Assembly: GCA_051362555.1 (NCBI GenBank) | Contig: CM120641.1 | Coordinates: 29,642,401-29,706,400 of the forward strand | Origin: Lingula anatina | Taxonomy: Eukaryota > Animalia > Brachiopoda | Direction of reading: 5' to 3' | Length of the DNA: 64,000 nucleotides | Shown here: in pieces, positions 24,601-37,600 of the stretch | How the letters are laid out: each line of letters opens with the position of its first letter | Position numbering within the stretch: position 1 is the first letter of the stretch | Made by a program: the position numbers and the translations under genes | Notes under the pieces: generated by a model | What the model saw: only the letters and a program-made list of their open reading frames with translations | The model's database searches: none | What the model was told of the DNA's origin: nothing

Positions 24601-27600
24601 ACATTTGATGCAATATTTCATAAAGCTTAACAGCATAAACACCATTAGTTGTTAATTATGTACTATTGTTACTAAGTACATTAAGAAAATGCAACTACCA
24701 TAGGGTTTCTCTGGAATTCAAAGTCACACACTGTGAGAAAAATGAAAAATAAAAAAATCCAATTAAAGGGATAATAACTCTTCATTTTGGCCAAAAAATG
24801 AATTTTCCTAGAGTAAACAACAATTTTTCCAAACTTACCAATGGTTAATGAATCCATTTTTACATTCGAAGTTAGTCCCTGTTTTTTTTCTAAAAGTTTG
24901 TTTTTTTGTTATAATCTCTTAAAAGATTATAACAGAGTATAGCCATCAATGGAGGTCACGTGGTCTAAAGACAAGCTCAGATATCAGAATAATAGCTATA
25001 ACTGCCGTTTTTCTTGTAGAACAGAATATGTTATATTTCCATGAGTTGTTCACAATGTTTTTATTGTGAAATATAGATCTTATACGAAGAGTTATTATCC
25101 CTTTAAGCTGAAATTCAAACCTGACCTGTATTTTGTTGCTATGAATCAGTCAAGTCATTTTGACAATAATAAGTCATATTGTTATCCATTACTATAGTAA
25201 CTTTGAAAAGCAAATGGTGAAAACAACCAATGCAGGTGATAGCTACATATCCAGAAACAAAATTTCTATCAAACAGCTTTACTACTAACTGTCTTTGAGG
25301 CTTATGAATAATAAATTTGTTATCAATGCATTCAACTATTTCCTAGATAAATAATAACAAGAACTGTTAAAATTTCTTAACCAGTGACTGTATTATATGA
25401 TAACTGACTTACTGTGTTGATTCCAGAGCCTGGTAAATTTTCTATACATTCTACAATATCATTCAACAAATTGGAAGACTGTTGATACTGATTTTTGTCC
25501 ACTGGTGCCTGTAAAAGACAGACAAATGCCAAGTACTTTTTGATATCAAAAATGCAAATATCTTAACCTAAGATTAAAAATTTAAGTAAAAGTAATCAGT
25601 CCATTCTATCAGAACAGTTCATTTCTATCATTATTATAACCCCATTTTATCTTGATCAGTCCAGAGTTGCCTTTAATATAAACTAAAGTTGAATAAACTA
25701 CCTTCATACACCTAGAAAATTTTTCTCTTGCTGCCTGGAAGTCTCCAGTTTTTAGGCAAGCTTTTCCCCAAGCAGCCCAAACACCTGCAGGATCAAGTCC
25801 ACATTTGGTGGAAATTTCCATGGCTAGTGAGAGTCGCTCATCCTCAATTAGTTTATCTCTCAGTCTCCTGCAATGATAAAATATAAAATACCAACCGCTG
25901 ATCACACTCAATCCCAAGTTTCAAAGTAGTGACTATAATTTTAAAAATTCTATAAAACTAAAAAGCATTTATGTTTATGTTTGCCATGGTCTGTTCAGTA
26001 CGAGACTTTCAGGACATGCTAGAATTAAGAACAGTCTTGTTAAGCAGTGGAACCTGGAGTTTAGAACAATACCCCTATTAGAAAAACTTGGATGACAAAG
26101 ATAAGGATTTATAATAACAGCTGACATAGTTAAGAGTACCTTTAAAACATAAATACAAAATATTACTTGTAAAACATGAAAATTGTGAGTTAAAATTACA
26201 ACTGCACAAAAGCTTATGAGATGAAACATTATATATAATGTCATGTATAACCTGAAAATGCTGATGAGATCAAATATAATATATATAGGTCCCACACCTT
26301 ACTGTTTCTAACTGTGTAAGCTTCTGAAGGCTTGGAATGTGTTTACAGTGTGATGCAACCAGAAGGTTCAGCATCTCCACTCTTCCACTGTACATCTCAC
26401 ACTGAGCTATACCATTACTGTTCCCACATGACAAGAACTTCATCTTGGCGTTGAACAGAAGGTACTTCATCATGCTGAAATATCATTATTAAATGCTTTA
26501 TCAAACCTTTGATCATAAGAAATTTAAAAAAAATTCAGAAGTTTCATGTTAAGAACATGATACTTTAATTTCTTCACATATTTTTCCCTTAAGATATGGA
26601 ATTCAAAATGGTAAGATTAGCGATCCTCATGCAAATTAAAAATTACATTATAAGATAAAATCATGGTTTAGAGTTACCTAATGACAAGGCCATAATCCAC
26701 TTCAGCATGATTCTTTACAGCAAGTAATTTTGAAACATTGTCGCACAAGTTAAGCAACAACTGTCCACATTCTTTTGCATCACTGTGCAGTGCCAGGATG
26801 GATAAGCACAATGGAAGACTCGGGGCCTAAAAATAAAATATTATTATATACATAAGAGTATAACATGTGTTTTTAACTTGTAGATCTTACTGCATTTTTA
26901 AAGACATCTCATTTTCAGTAGTTTTAATTTTTATACCAATACTACATTACCTAACTACTGAAATTCTGATCAAACACTCACATGTTCATAGTAAAAATCT
27001 TCTCTTAAGTTTTTGTTGTGAGTTTGGTCTTGTGTTAGCTGCCAGAAGAACTCGGACTGCTGCTGCTGATCAGTGACAGTTTTATTTATATCAGCTTCAT
27101 CATCTTCATTGTCCTCCTCGATGATATTTTCTGGCGTTCTGGACAACACAGATATGCGGGCTGGGCTTGCAGACATACGACCAGCTGACCCTGACAACCT
27201 GTCCCGCAGTCTCTGCTGCAACATCTCTTTTTCCAAACCCTCCCTATGACTACAAGAAAAACAAAATATGCTGGCTGCTTATAGGAAGTGATGACAAACT
27301 AGCATGTAGGGGTGCATGTATGAATGTTTTTGTGTGAGCATGCAAGTTTGCCTTGTGTACACTTCTTGAGGTGTATTTTCTCAAACAACAGATCAGTATA
27401 CAAATGAAATATCTTAACTTAAAGTACTCACAGACTTTAACTATTTTTTTAGTATTTTTTTATCAGTTCTTCATTTCATTCTTCATTTAGCTCTCAACTT
27501 CCAAAAAATGTATATGATTATGTAATAATCAAATCTTTATTTTGAATTTCGATATAAAGGACATTTAGTTTAAAGTTTTAAGACCTTCAGATATTAGGAA

Positions 27601-30600
27601 ATAAAAACTTTAAAAAGGAGAAGGTCAGGGATTAAATTGCAAAAGTACAGCAATAATAGGAATTATTATTTTTTTTTTAACTAAGATGATCCCCTGACAA
27701 AATTAATTCCTTCTCTCTACCAGAGGTCTTCTCTAGCTGTTACTAATGTACAATTTAAAATAAATAAAAAATACATACATAGTATGTACAACCAATGTAT
27801 CCCAGCTAGTGAAAGCATTATAGTATTAGTTTAGATAAACAGAGCTTACCCTCAAGTATTTAAAAGCTATAACCTACAGAAGCAATCAGTGTTTACCAAA
27901 GTATACAAAACAAACTTTTCTGCACATTCTCCATTTTTTCCCACAGTAAACAAGAAATAACACATATTATCATTTAAAAATGACTTTAAAAAAGGAAAAG
28001 AAAACATAGGAAATAGGAAGAGAGCTTGATGTTTTGGATGTACATGTAAATCTGACTTGATTGTGGTAGGTAAAGTTAAGTTAAGTGTGTTATTATTATA
28101 AGTGTGTGGTGTAATTTTAATTCATATTTCAGGTCATCTTATATGTGATATAATACTGTTACAGACAAAACTTGTCAATCAAATCTTTCGTAGTTTTGTT
28201 TTGATTTAGCTGCAGATCGAAATACTCCCACTCTGCAATCTTGGTTATCTTACCCCATTACTGCCTCAAAGCAGTCATCACAAGTCCTGGCCTTGGTGCC
28301 ATTGATATTGGTAGTCCTTGCAGAGCAGGCATAGCAAACTACTCTGCCACAACGTCTGCAGTGATGACGTCGCACAAACTGAATTGAAGGACATACAATG
28401 TTTTACAAGAATTTTCATTTTAGTTGTTATTAAAATCAATCTAAATAGATTTGAATTGAATTGAAGAACATACAGTGTTTTACAAGAATTTTCATTTTAG
28501 TTGTTAATAAAATCAATCTTAATAGAAATTTCAATTTGTACAATTATTCAATATATCATCAAAAAGAAGGATTTACATGAAGAAAAAAAAACATTTAATT
28601 TCAATAAAATACTAAATATCAAGAATTTCCTCATAATTTTACTAGCTGTTCTTTATTAAATGTTAAGGTAACCCAAAACCAAAATAGACTCACCATACTG
28701 AATCTCTCGATCTTGCACACCATACAGATACTGACTGCCATGTCCGCTACCCATTTGTCTTTAGCTGGTGGTTCAGCAGGCAAGAGGAACTGTCCACTGG
28801 GACTGTAGTACGAGGAGATTAAGTCTGTACCCTCTTTCACACCATAGCCACTGCCTGCGGACACTCCAGATGAAAGGATATCAGTGGGGGACCTGGACAC
28901 TAATGATGCTGGATAATTATTTAAAAAAATACATGCTGTTAGTCCCACAGAAAGATCGAGTTTAAGACTGGGTTTCCATCCCTAGATCGATCTAACAGGA
29001 TCCGTCCATCTCCACAGGGTCCCTCGCTAAATTACTTTCAGCCCAAGCGGCTTTGATGTCTGGGACGCCAACTAAAGCTGCTAAACGATAGTTAATTTCC
29101 CCTTATCAGCCTCCACAGGCTTGACAGACATCTAAGCCACCCAAGTAAATTGCAATTAAGTGAGAATCCCCTCGGAGATAGTTCGATCCAAAGTTAGTAC
29201 GATAGGGTCTGGGAATGGTCTCTATGGTGAGTATGGTGATAACCTGGAGTACAAGTGAAACAAATGTAGGTCGCATTCACAACAATAGATGATTCATGGA
29301 CTTACAGATCTGCGAATTAAATATGCCCAACCCACTTGAAAGCTTACCAAGTTATCCCCACCGAGAATCTTTTCATTGTCTATCAGGGGATTATGCGACA
29401 AACTTTGAAGTGGGTTGGCCATATTTGATCCAAGGATATTTAGTCTGCAGGTTAACTTGTTATAAATGCTCCCTTTAACTCAATCCTACCCCTCCTCATT
29501 ATACAATAGAAATACACTTCAAATATTCCAAAAATACAGAAAGGAAATAAAGAAAATACCTAAACTGGCTGTTCTTGGGTATCTTCTAAATGTCAAATCT
29601 GAGAATGATGTATTATGGAGGAGACTTGGGGAATCAGTGGGGTTCACTGTGGATACAGATGTGGCAGAGTCACTCCTGCTCCTCTCTGAAGTAGATGAAA
29701 CATTATTAACAATTTTACTTTACTATATTCATAACATTTTTTTCATATTTAGGTCTTTCTAGAATTCAATCAGAGGTGTTTTGTATTCTGATTTCATTGC
29801 TGAAGTCTGTCTGCCTAGTACTGTGTCCATGTCTGAGGAACCTTCCAATGACTGACTGAGGAGATTTCTTTTTCAATGTTACAGTAACTATAATTTAATT
29901 ACAAGATGTAAAATGACTGATTGCTAAGCATGTGATGAAGGCCAACTTTAAGTGACAACCATTTACCTAAAATGGTAGAAATGCTAAACGGACTCCATAA
30001 GTTGCTTCATTATTATACATGGAACAAAAGTATTACCATCCTCTATTTGAACCACTGGGAACTCCAAAGCCTTGTTGGCATATTCTGCTATCAGCCCATC
30101 AAATTCCTTCAAACTGCAGCCAAGGCTTTTGTCAGAGAGATGGTTGTAGTCTGCCTGCATGCTTTCATATGCCTTACTAGCCCAGTCCACCTGTACAGTT
30201 ATAGATATGTTATAGATAAAATAATTTAAATGAACAACAGTCAGGTGTCTGTCCATTCCACAAATAAACAATTAAATGGTCAATTTTTCATTTTTGACAC
30301 AAAAGCATAAAACTTGGCCAGATTACTAAAAATGTAGAAATTAGCATTTTTGGATATATATGGAGCAGAAATTAGCATTTTTAAAATCTAGTACATGGAA
30401 CAAAGTTTTAGCAGAATAAACCAAGGTTGATTTTTGTTATAACATAGCTCAATGATAAAACCTTCATATTCATGAGTAATTGTTCCAGAAGTAGCTTTGG
30501 ACAGAGAGCCAGGTGGTCATATTCTGCCCTGACATGGTCTGGTAAACACAGCAGTGCCTAGGGGACAAACATTCTTTAATATATATATATATATATATAG

Positions 30601-33600
30601 TTATGACTTCTTAGCAATTTTTTTAACACCTGTATGTATTATGTTACACAATCTTGATGTTATAATTTTTTATCCCGAATGCCTGCTTCTTTTTGGTTGG
30701 AAATATCCAAGGTCTGTTTATACAAAAAAGGAAGCAAGATGACCTCACTATATGTTATAATGAATCAGGGCAAAAATAATAAAACAAGGTAGCCATTAGT
30801 ACACATGAGGTGTGAATCAAAAATGAACAACTAAAATCATTTATCATATGTCAATTTACTATCTACCTTTGAACCCATACATAACACCAGCATTTCATCT
30901 TTCTTCCTTTGTCCTAGCTCTGCTCCTAGGTGACTCAGCAAAAACTGGGCCAGAAATAACTTGTGCTGCTGCTGGAGCAGTTTCTCCAGCAAATTCTGAC
31001 AGATGCCATAGCAAAACTTAACACTCTTCTGTTTCAAGTCCTCCAAGGCCTAAAACAAGATGCAAATTATTTATCTAACTCTCCAACATCTTCATTAATT
31101 GTTCTGGTAAATATATCTTTGGTAAAACTTTTACATTAGCATACGTTTTTTTCTTTTTGCAAAATTACAAAATATGGTTTGCCTACATCTTACCTGAAGA
31201 ACGTTGGGCATGTTTGCATTGTCTTGGTCCAGTAGGAATGATATGTGACATTCTTCAATTTCCTGAAAGTAAAATGAAGAATGAATTTAGTGAGCCTTTA
31301 TAAAAAGTTTGGATTTTGTCTGCGGTGCATTTCAAACCTAAGCATCTATGTACCCTGTTCATGATAAGCTTGATTTTACTGTTTTACTTTTACTGTATTC
31401 AAAAAACTTTACTCTTTCAAACAATATACACTCACTACAAATCATGTCTTTCCAAATGGCGATATGTGTTCTTTTACCTTTTTCATCGTTTCTCCAACAT
31501 TATGCATGTTAGACCAAGCTCTTGCTGTCTCAAAGTCTTGGGATGATATCAACAACCTGAATATAGGTTCAGGCTCTGAATCGGATAAGGTAGCAACAAC
31601 TGTCCAACTTCCCAGCTCTTCCAATTTATCGAAATTCAACTCCAGCATTCCACTGAAGGATTCTACTCTAGTTCTCATAGAAGATTTTATCTGCTTGTTC
31701 TTTGCATGTTCTGTGATCTGGAATTGTACACCAGGCAAGAAATATTTTAACACTAAACAAACTTCAAGGCATATTTTCAGACTTGCACTTACCACAAAAT
31801 ATGCTTAATCTTAAATTCTTAAATATTTAATAATTCCGTGAAAAAAAAAAAAAAAAAATATCCAATACACATTTATGAGAATATGAGAATGATTGTCTAG
31901 TCAAGCATCACTTACCCTTTGATATACTCTGAGCTCTTGAAGTTTATTCCTCACAGCTTTGAGCAGCTCCACATTTTCTATCTCTCTGGCCACACAGTGT
32001 TCTAGCAATGTGACACAATCGTTCACATTCCACTTCTTCAGTGTACACATCACTTCCCTGGCTTGTGTATCAGGCCTGTTGATTTGTAGTAGGTAATGCC
32101 ATTTTTCACAGGCCACACCCCTGGTGCTACCATTGCCAAGACTGATGTTTGTAGCACTGCCAATGCTGACCATGCTTGGACTTGGAGGTGGCTCTGCCTG
32201 CTCCTTAGCTGCACAACACAAGACGTAATCTTTGAAATTCATGAGATCTGGCTGTTTGTGTAGATATTCTACAGGGATACAGTCCAAAACTTCCAAGATC
32301 ACATCCCAATTCTTTTCATTCAGAACCTCACTGAGGACATTTGCGAGAAGCCATTTGAATTGCTGGCCCTCTTGCAGAGCCAGAATACATGTTTTGATGG
32401 AAGAATTGTAGCTGTCACTAGAAAACTTCAACAATGGATCACCACCATGGCGAATCTCTGGATTTCTGGCAGCGATGATGGGTTCAATGTGCCCTAGAAT
32501 ATGTCTGTGCAAAACTGAGAATTCTGTGGTGAGTTTTTGGTAACGGTAGCTTTTGATGTCCACCATGCTCAGTCCACTATCAGTGCTATTACTATTAGCA
32601 GAACCAAAGAAATCCTCCTTGATGTGTTGCTCTATGTCATCCATCTCATCTGCACAAACCAAGCTGACTAATGTTGCAACAAGGCTGGAACTACTTTTCA
32701 AGTACTCTAAAGTCACTGGTGTTAACCTGAAAGTGGCTTTATCAAACCCATCTTGGTTAAGAAGTCCTTGGGAAGAGCTTGTCATACTTCCAGAGGAGTT
32801 CTCTAATTCTGGAGGAAGAGAGGAACGTCTCCGATGTTTGGATGAGCTTGATAGGTCAAATTGTCTTGAGGAATTCTCAGAGAATTCAAAAGTGTAGCAA
32901 AATGTGTAGTCAAAGGCACCCTCTATTACTTTGAAAGGCAGTTCCTTCTTTGTGGCAATTCCTAAAAAGTGACTTTATTCTTTTTACTAGGTACAAAAGG
33001 GCAATCTTTTAGTGGAGTGGTAATATTTTGAACTAATTCCTTCAATGGCCTACCTTAAATTCTAATCAAACAGCAAATATGTATAAATCAATGCAGTCTT
33101 GTAAATATGTACTACAATGATTTAAGTAGACAGAGAAGTTTTTCTTTTTGTTTCTATATATATAGAGTCAAAATAAAGACATAATATATTAAACTTTCTA
33201 CTTTCAGTAATTCTTTATCATCTATCAAATAAGCATTCTAAACACTAAAATAATATCAACTGAGTATAAAGTCGAGACTGCACAGAATATTAATTTTCTC
33301 CATCCAAAAAATTATAAAAGTAAACAAAATATCATTTTACCTACAGAAATGTTAGAGTTTTACATTGGTGATTAAAAAAGGAAGCACTTTTATCTGCAAT
33401 GAGAGTGGGGACAAGTAATGCTCAGGATGTAACATCCTATTGACCACAGCTTCTTCTATTTACATACCAGCAGTCAGCAGTTGAAAACCTTTGCAGGTGA
33501 AAAGTTACACCATTTACATCTACCAAGGCAGCAAAGCTGTCAAATGTACAGACAAAAAGCAGAAAATAATGATGCACAAAATAGGTTATTTTGTAAATTT

Positions 33601-34659
33601 GATGCAATTATACATTAAGCTTTACAGCAAAATCAGCAACAAGAAGTTTAATTATATGCATATTAGGTAACAAGGTTATACTGCACGTAACTAGCATTAG
33701 GCTTCAGGCCCATATTAGAATTCAAATTCATACACTGAAAGGCCAGAATGAAAAATGGAAGACTGGATCCGATAAGTCTGGTTTTTGAACTCAACCTGTA
33801 TTAAAGTCATATTCATCAGTCATTTAAGTATGAAGACAATAGGTAAAACGGTTTCCACCTAAAGCGTTATCTGTATTGCATATAGTGTACATAATATATG
33901 CTGAAAAAACAAAAAACAAAATGGAAAAATGGTCAGATCAAGCTGATTTTCGAGCTCAACCTGTACTTTAGTAATATTGATCACTCCTGTATGTTTGATG
34001 ACAATAGGTCAAATGGTTTTCCATGAAATATCCTATATGAATTGTATATTGTACAACATAATATTATGCTGAAAAAGCAAAAAACAGTATAACTTCCAGA
34101 AAAATGGTTCAATCAGGGTGATTGTCAAACTTGATATGTATTTTAATAATACTGATCATTCCTGTAAGTTTGAAAACAAAAGGCCTTTCAATTTTCCTGG
34201 ATATGTGTTATCTGAATTACACACAGTATATGCTCAAAAAAAAAAAAAAAAAAAAAAAAAACAGCATTACTTTTGGAAAAATGGTCTGCTCAAGCTGATT
34301 TTCAAACTTGAACTATATTTTACTATCAATTTACTAATAAGCAGTGACAACAACAACGGGGGTAACGACAGATCCACGTGATGGCTATATGTACAGACAC
34401 TATGTGTCTGCACATAGAAATGTTTGGATGGAGAAGATTAACATTGTAAGAAGTATTACGTACCATCATGTTCTTTTTTGGATGTTCCATCATCTCCTAA
34501 TTCAAGCAGAGCCCTCAGTTTTTCATAAAGGCCTCCAGTAGCAAAATTTGCAATGAATTGTAGCAATCCTTCATACACTGCTATGGTGGAATTTGATCCA
34601 TCACTTGCAAAGTTCTGCCTATACCACACTAACAACTGTGGGATTATCACCTGAAATAT

Positions 34660-34690
<31 letters not shown>

Positions 34691-37600
34691 AAGAAGAAGA
34701 ACAACAACAACAATTTACTTCTGTTATTCAACTGTAAGCAAACTTTATTCAACATTTTTTTACTGAAATGTCATTTTCTAATACTAAGAAGGACATCTCT
34801 CTTTAAATAATGTCAAACAGAAATTTTACAGGCATTAAATATTAAAATGTATCATAAAATCTATAGCAGATGTAACTGTAATTCAGTAAACAATATCTGG
34901 CATCTACAGTTTAAGAAAAAACAAGGCAGCAAAGCTGTCAAATGTACAGACAAAAAACAGAAAATAAAGATGCAAAATAGGTCATTTTGTCAATTTTGAT
35001 GCAATAATAAATAATGCTTATAATAGCACTGTCAGTCAACACTGAATTTTAATCATGCACAACAGGTAAAATGGTCAATTACATGAGCGGACCCAGAGAA
35101 ATTTTCTGACAGTATTCCAAAGTATCTATTTTGATCCATCCTCCATTTTGATGGTCTTCCAACAGAAGAAAAAATAGATACCAGGCAATATAAACTTAAT
35201 AACCTGACTGTCTTCCGGAAGACCCAGAAGATGGTCTCAATCTACCCTTTCAATAAGAATACAGTTTCAGGACCATGAGTTCAAATTCACATGATGAAAG
35301 TCTCAATATTTGAAAAATGATGACAGTGCATAAAATAATATTACATTAGTAACATAATGTTCAAAGACATAAAAAACAATACAACTGCTTATGTGGAAAT
35401 ACAGAAATGTCAGAGCCTCAGGTGGATGAGAGTTAAAAGTCACAAATGCAAGTGTTTGAGAAAAAATTATAAAGGAAAACATAACAAAACTAGAAAAGCG
35501 CTCCGAGAGTGCAGACCTCTGCCAAGGTAGCAATTGTTGATTATTATTGATTATTGTCCTCTTTGGCCCACTTCTGACAGTTCCTGAAAATTTCAGCAAA
35601 ATCGGTCCATAACTTTTTGAGTTATGTTGATGACAAACAGGGGTGAAAATATAACCTCCTTGGCAGAGGTAAATATAATTCTAATGAAGCTGCTATTCAA
35701 ACTTTTAATCTTTGAGTTTGATATATATATATATATTAAAAGCTTATTTGCAATATTAAACAAAATTCACCTGCATAATTATCACTGCTTCCTTATTATT
35801 AATCTAGCAGAGAGCTTAACCTATGGGAGTTTACAGGGAAATATCAACAAGTGTGCTTTATGTAATCTCATTTAATGGCCCATTAATTAGGCAAATTACT
35901 TTATATAACACTGAAATTAGCTAAGTGATACCCAAGGGAAATTTACAGACTGACCCTCTCAAAGGTCTTTCAGGCCCATAAGTCACAACTTAAGAAAAGC
36001 ACAAAACAATAATGCACAAAATAGGAGACTACCAATTCTGATGCAATAATACATTATGTTTAACTGCACAGTCAACATCAAATTTTAATTTTGCACAACA
36101 GGTAACACCAACGAAAGTAAAAGCATAAGGCTTCAGGCCCATCAGAGTTCAAGTTTATACTTAGAAAGTGCCAGAATGAGAAAAATGAAATTTCACACAA
36201 AATTGCATAAAATTCAATAATAAATGATAACCCAATTGACCTGGCTTTCTAATTTGAACTGCATGCCGATCCTAAAAATCATACTTGTATGTTAAAAATA
36301 ATAATAAGTAGCACAGTTTTCTTTTCATAATATTTGCAGTAGCAGTGCAAAAAGATTTTTGTCAATTTTGATGTAACATTACATAATAAATTATAGAATA
36401 ATTATCACCAATTTTTGATTATTGACTATAAATAGCAAGGACATGTAGAAAATTTGATTACCATTCGGCTTCATGTCCATGGGAGTTCTGAGTCCCACAA
36501 TGAATATGCCAAAAAGATAATAATGAATATTTCACTAAAATGTATAACTTCCAGAAAAAGAAGCTAATTAGACTGCTTTTCCAACTCAGGCTGCATTTTA
36601 GTCCTGTGTTTCTTTTTTGAAAGTTTGACAGTCATAAGTAACATGGTTTTCCCATAATGGTCATCATGGAAGCAACACCAAAAATTGTGTTTTCTTCTAT
36701 TTTGATGCAACATTACATAATGTTTAACAGCATAATGACCATCAATTTTAAATAATAAAATATTAGTATCATGGATATTCAGAAAATGTGACTAGCAAAG
36801 GTCTTCAAGCCCGTGGAGGTTCTAAGTCACACCTTGAAAATGCCAATAAGTGAAAAATTAAATTTTCACAAAAAAACTGTTTAATTGCCAGAAAAATTTA
36901 CCAAACAGACTGCATTGCCTACTGAAACTATTTTTTAAGTCCCATGTTTCTTTCCTGTACGTTTGAGAACAGTGAGTGACATGATTTTCCTTAAATGGTC
37001 ATCATGGGAGCAGTGCCCAAAATAGGGGTTTCCTCAAATTTTGATACAATATTACATAATGTTTAACAGCATAATGACCATCAATTTTTAATAATAAAAT
37101 ATTAGTATCATAGATATTCAGAAAATGTGACTAGCAAAGGTCTTCAGGACCATGGAACACACACGCACTCACACACATACACACACACACACACACACAA
37201 TCACAAACAAAAATCTTTTCATAGAATTTTTACCATTTTTTCCTCCTTTTTTGCTTCTATATTGTGTATGAAGTAATCTGTCATTGCAGCTTTAAGCTGG
37301 TTGCTGACAAGGTCTGGTGTTAGTACCTAAAAATCATAATTATGAAACAATTTTTACTCTTTAGGGACGTTTCAACAAGTTACTGAGGTAACAAAATGAT
37401 CAACCATTTTGTTTCATATAAAAACCACAATTGATTAAATCTCACTAAACTAATTGAGAGACAGTGATCGAAACATACAGAGGTATGTCTGTTCATATAA
37501 AAAAAAAACATTTTCATCTACTCATGTGGATGTATACGCTAGAATAAATAAAGTATATAAAATACCACATTTGACTTCAATCAGTTATTGAAACAAATTC

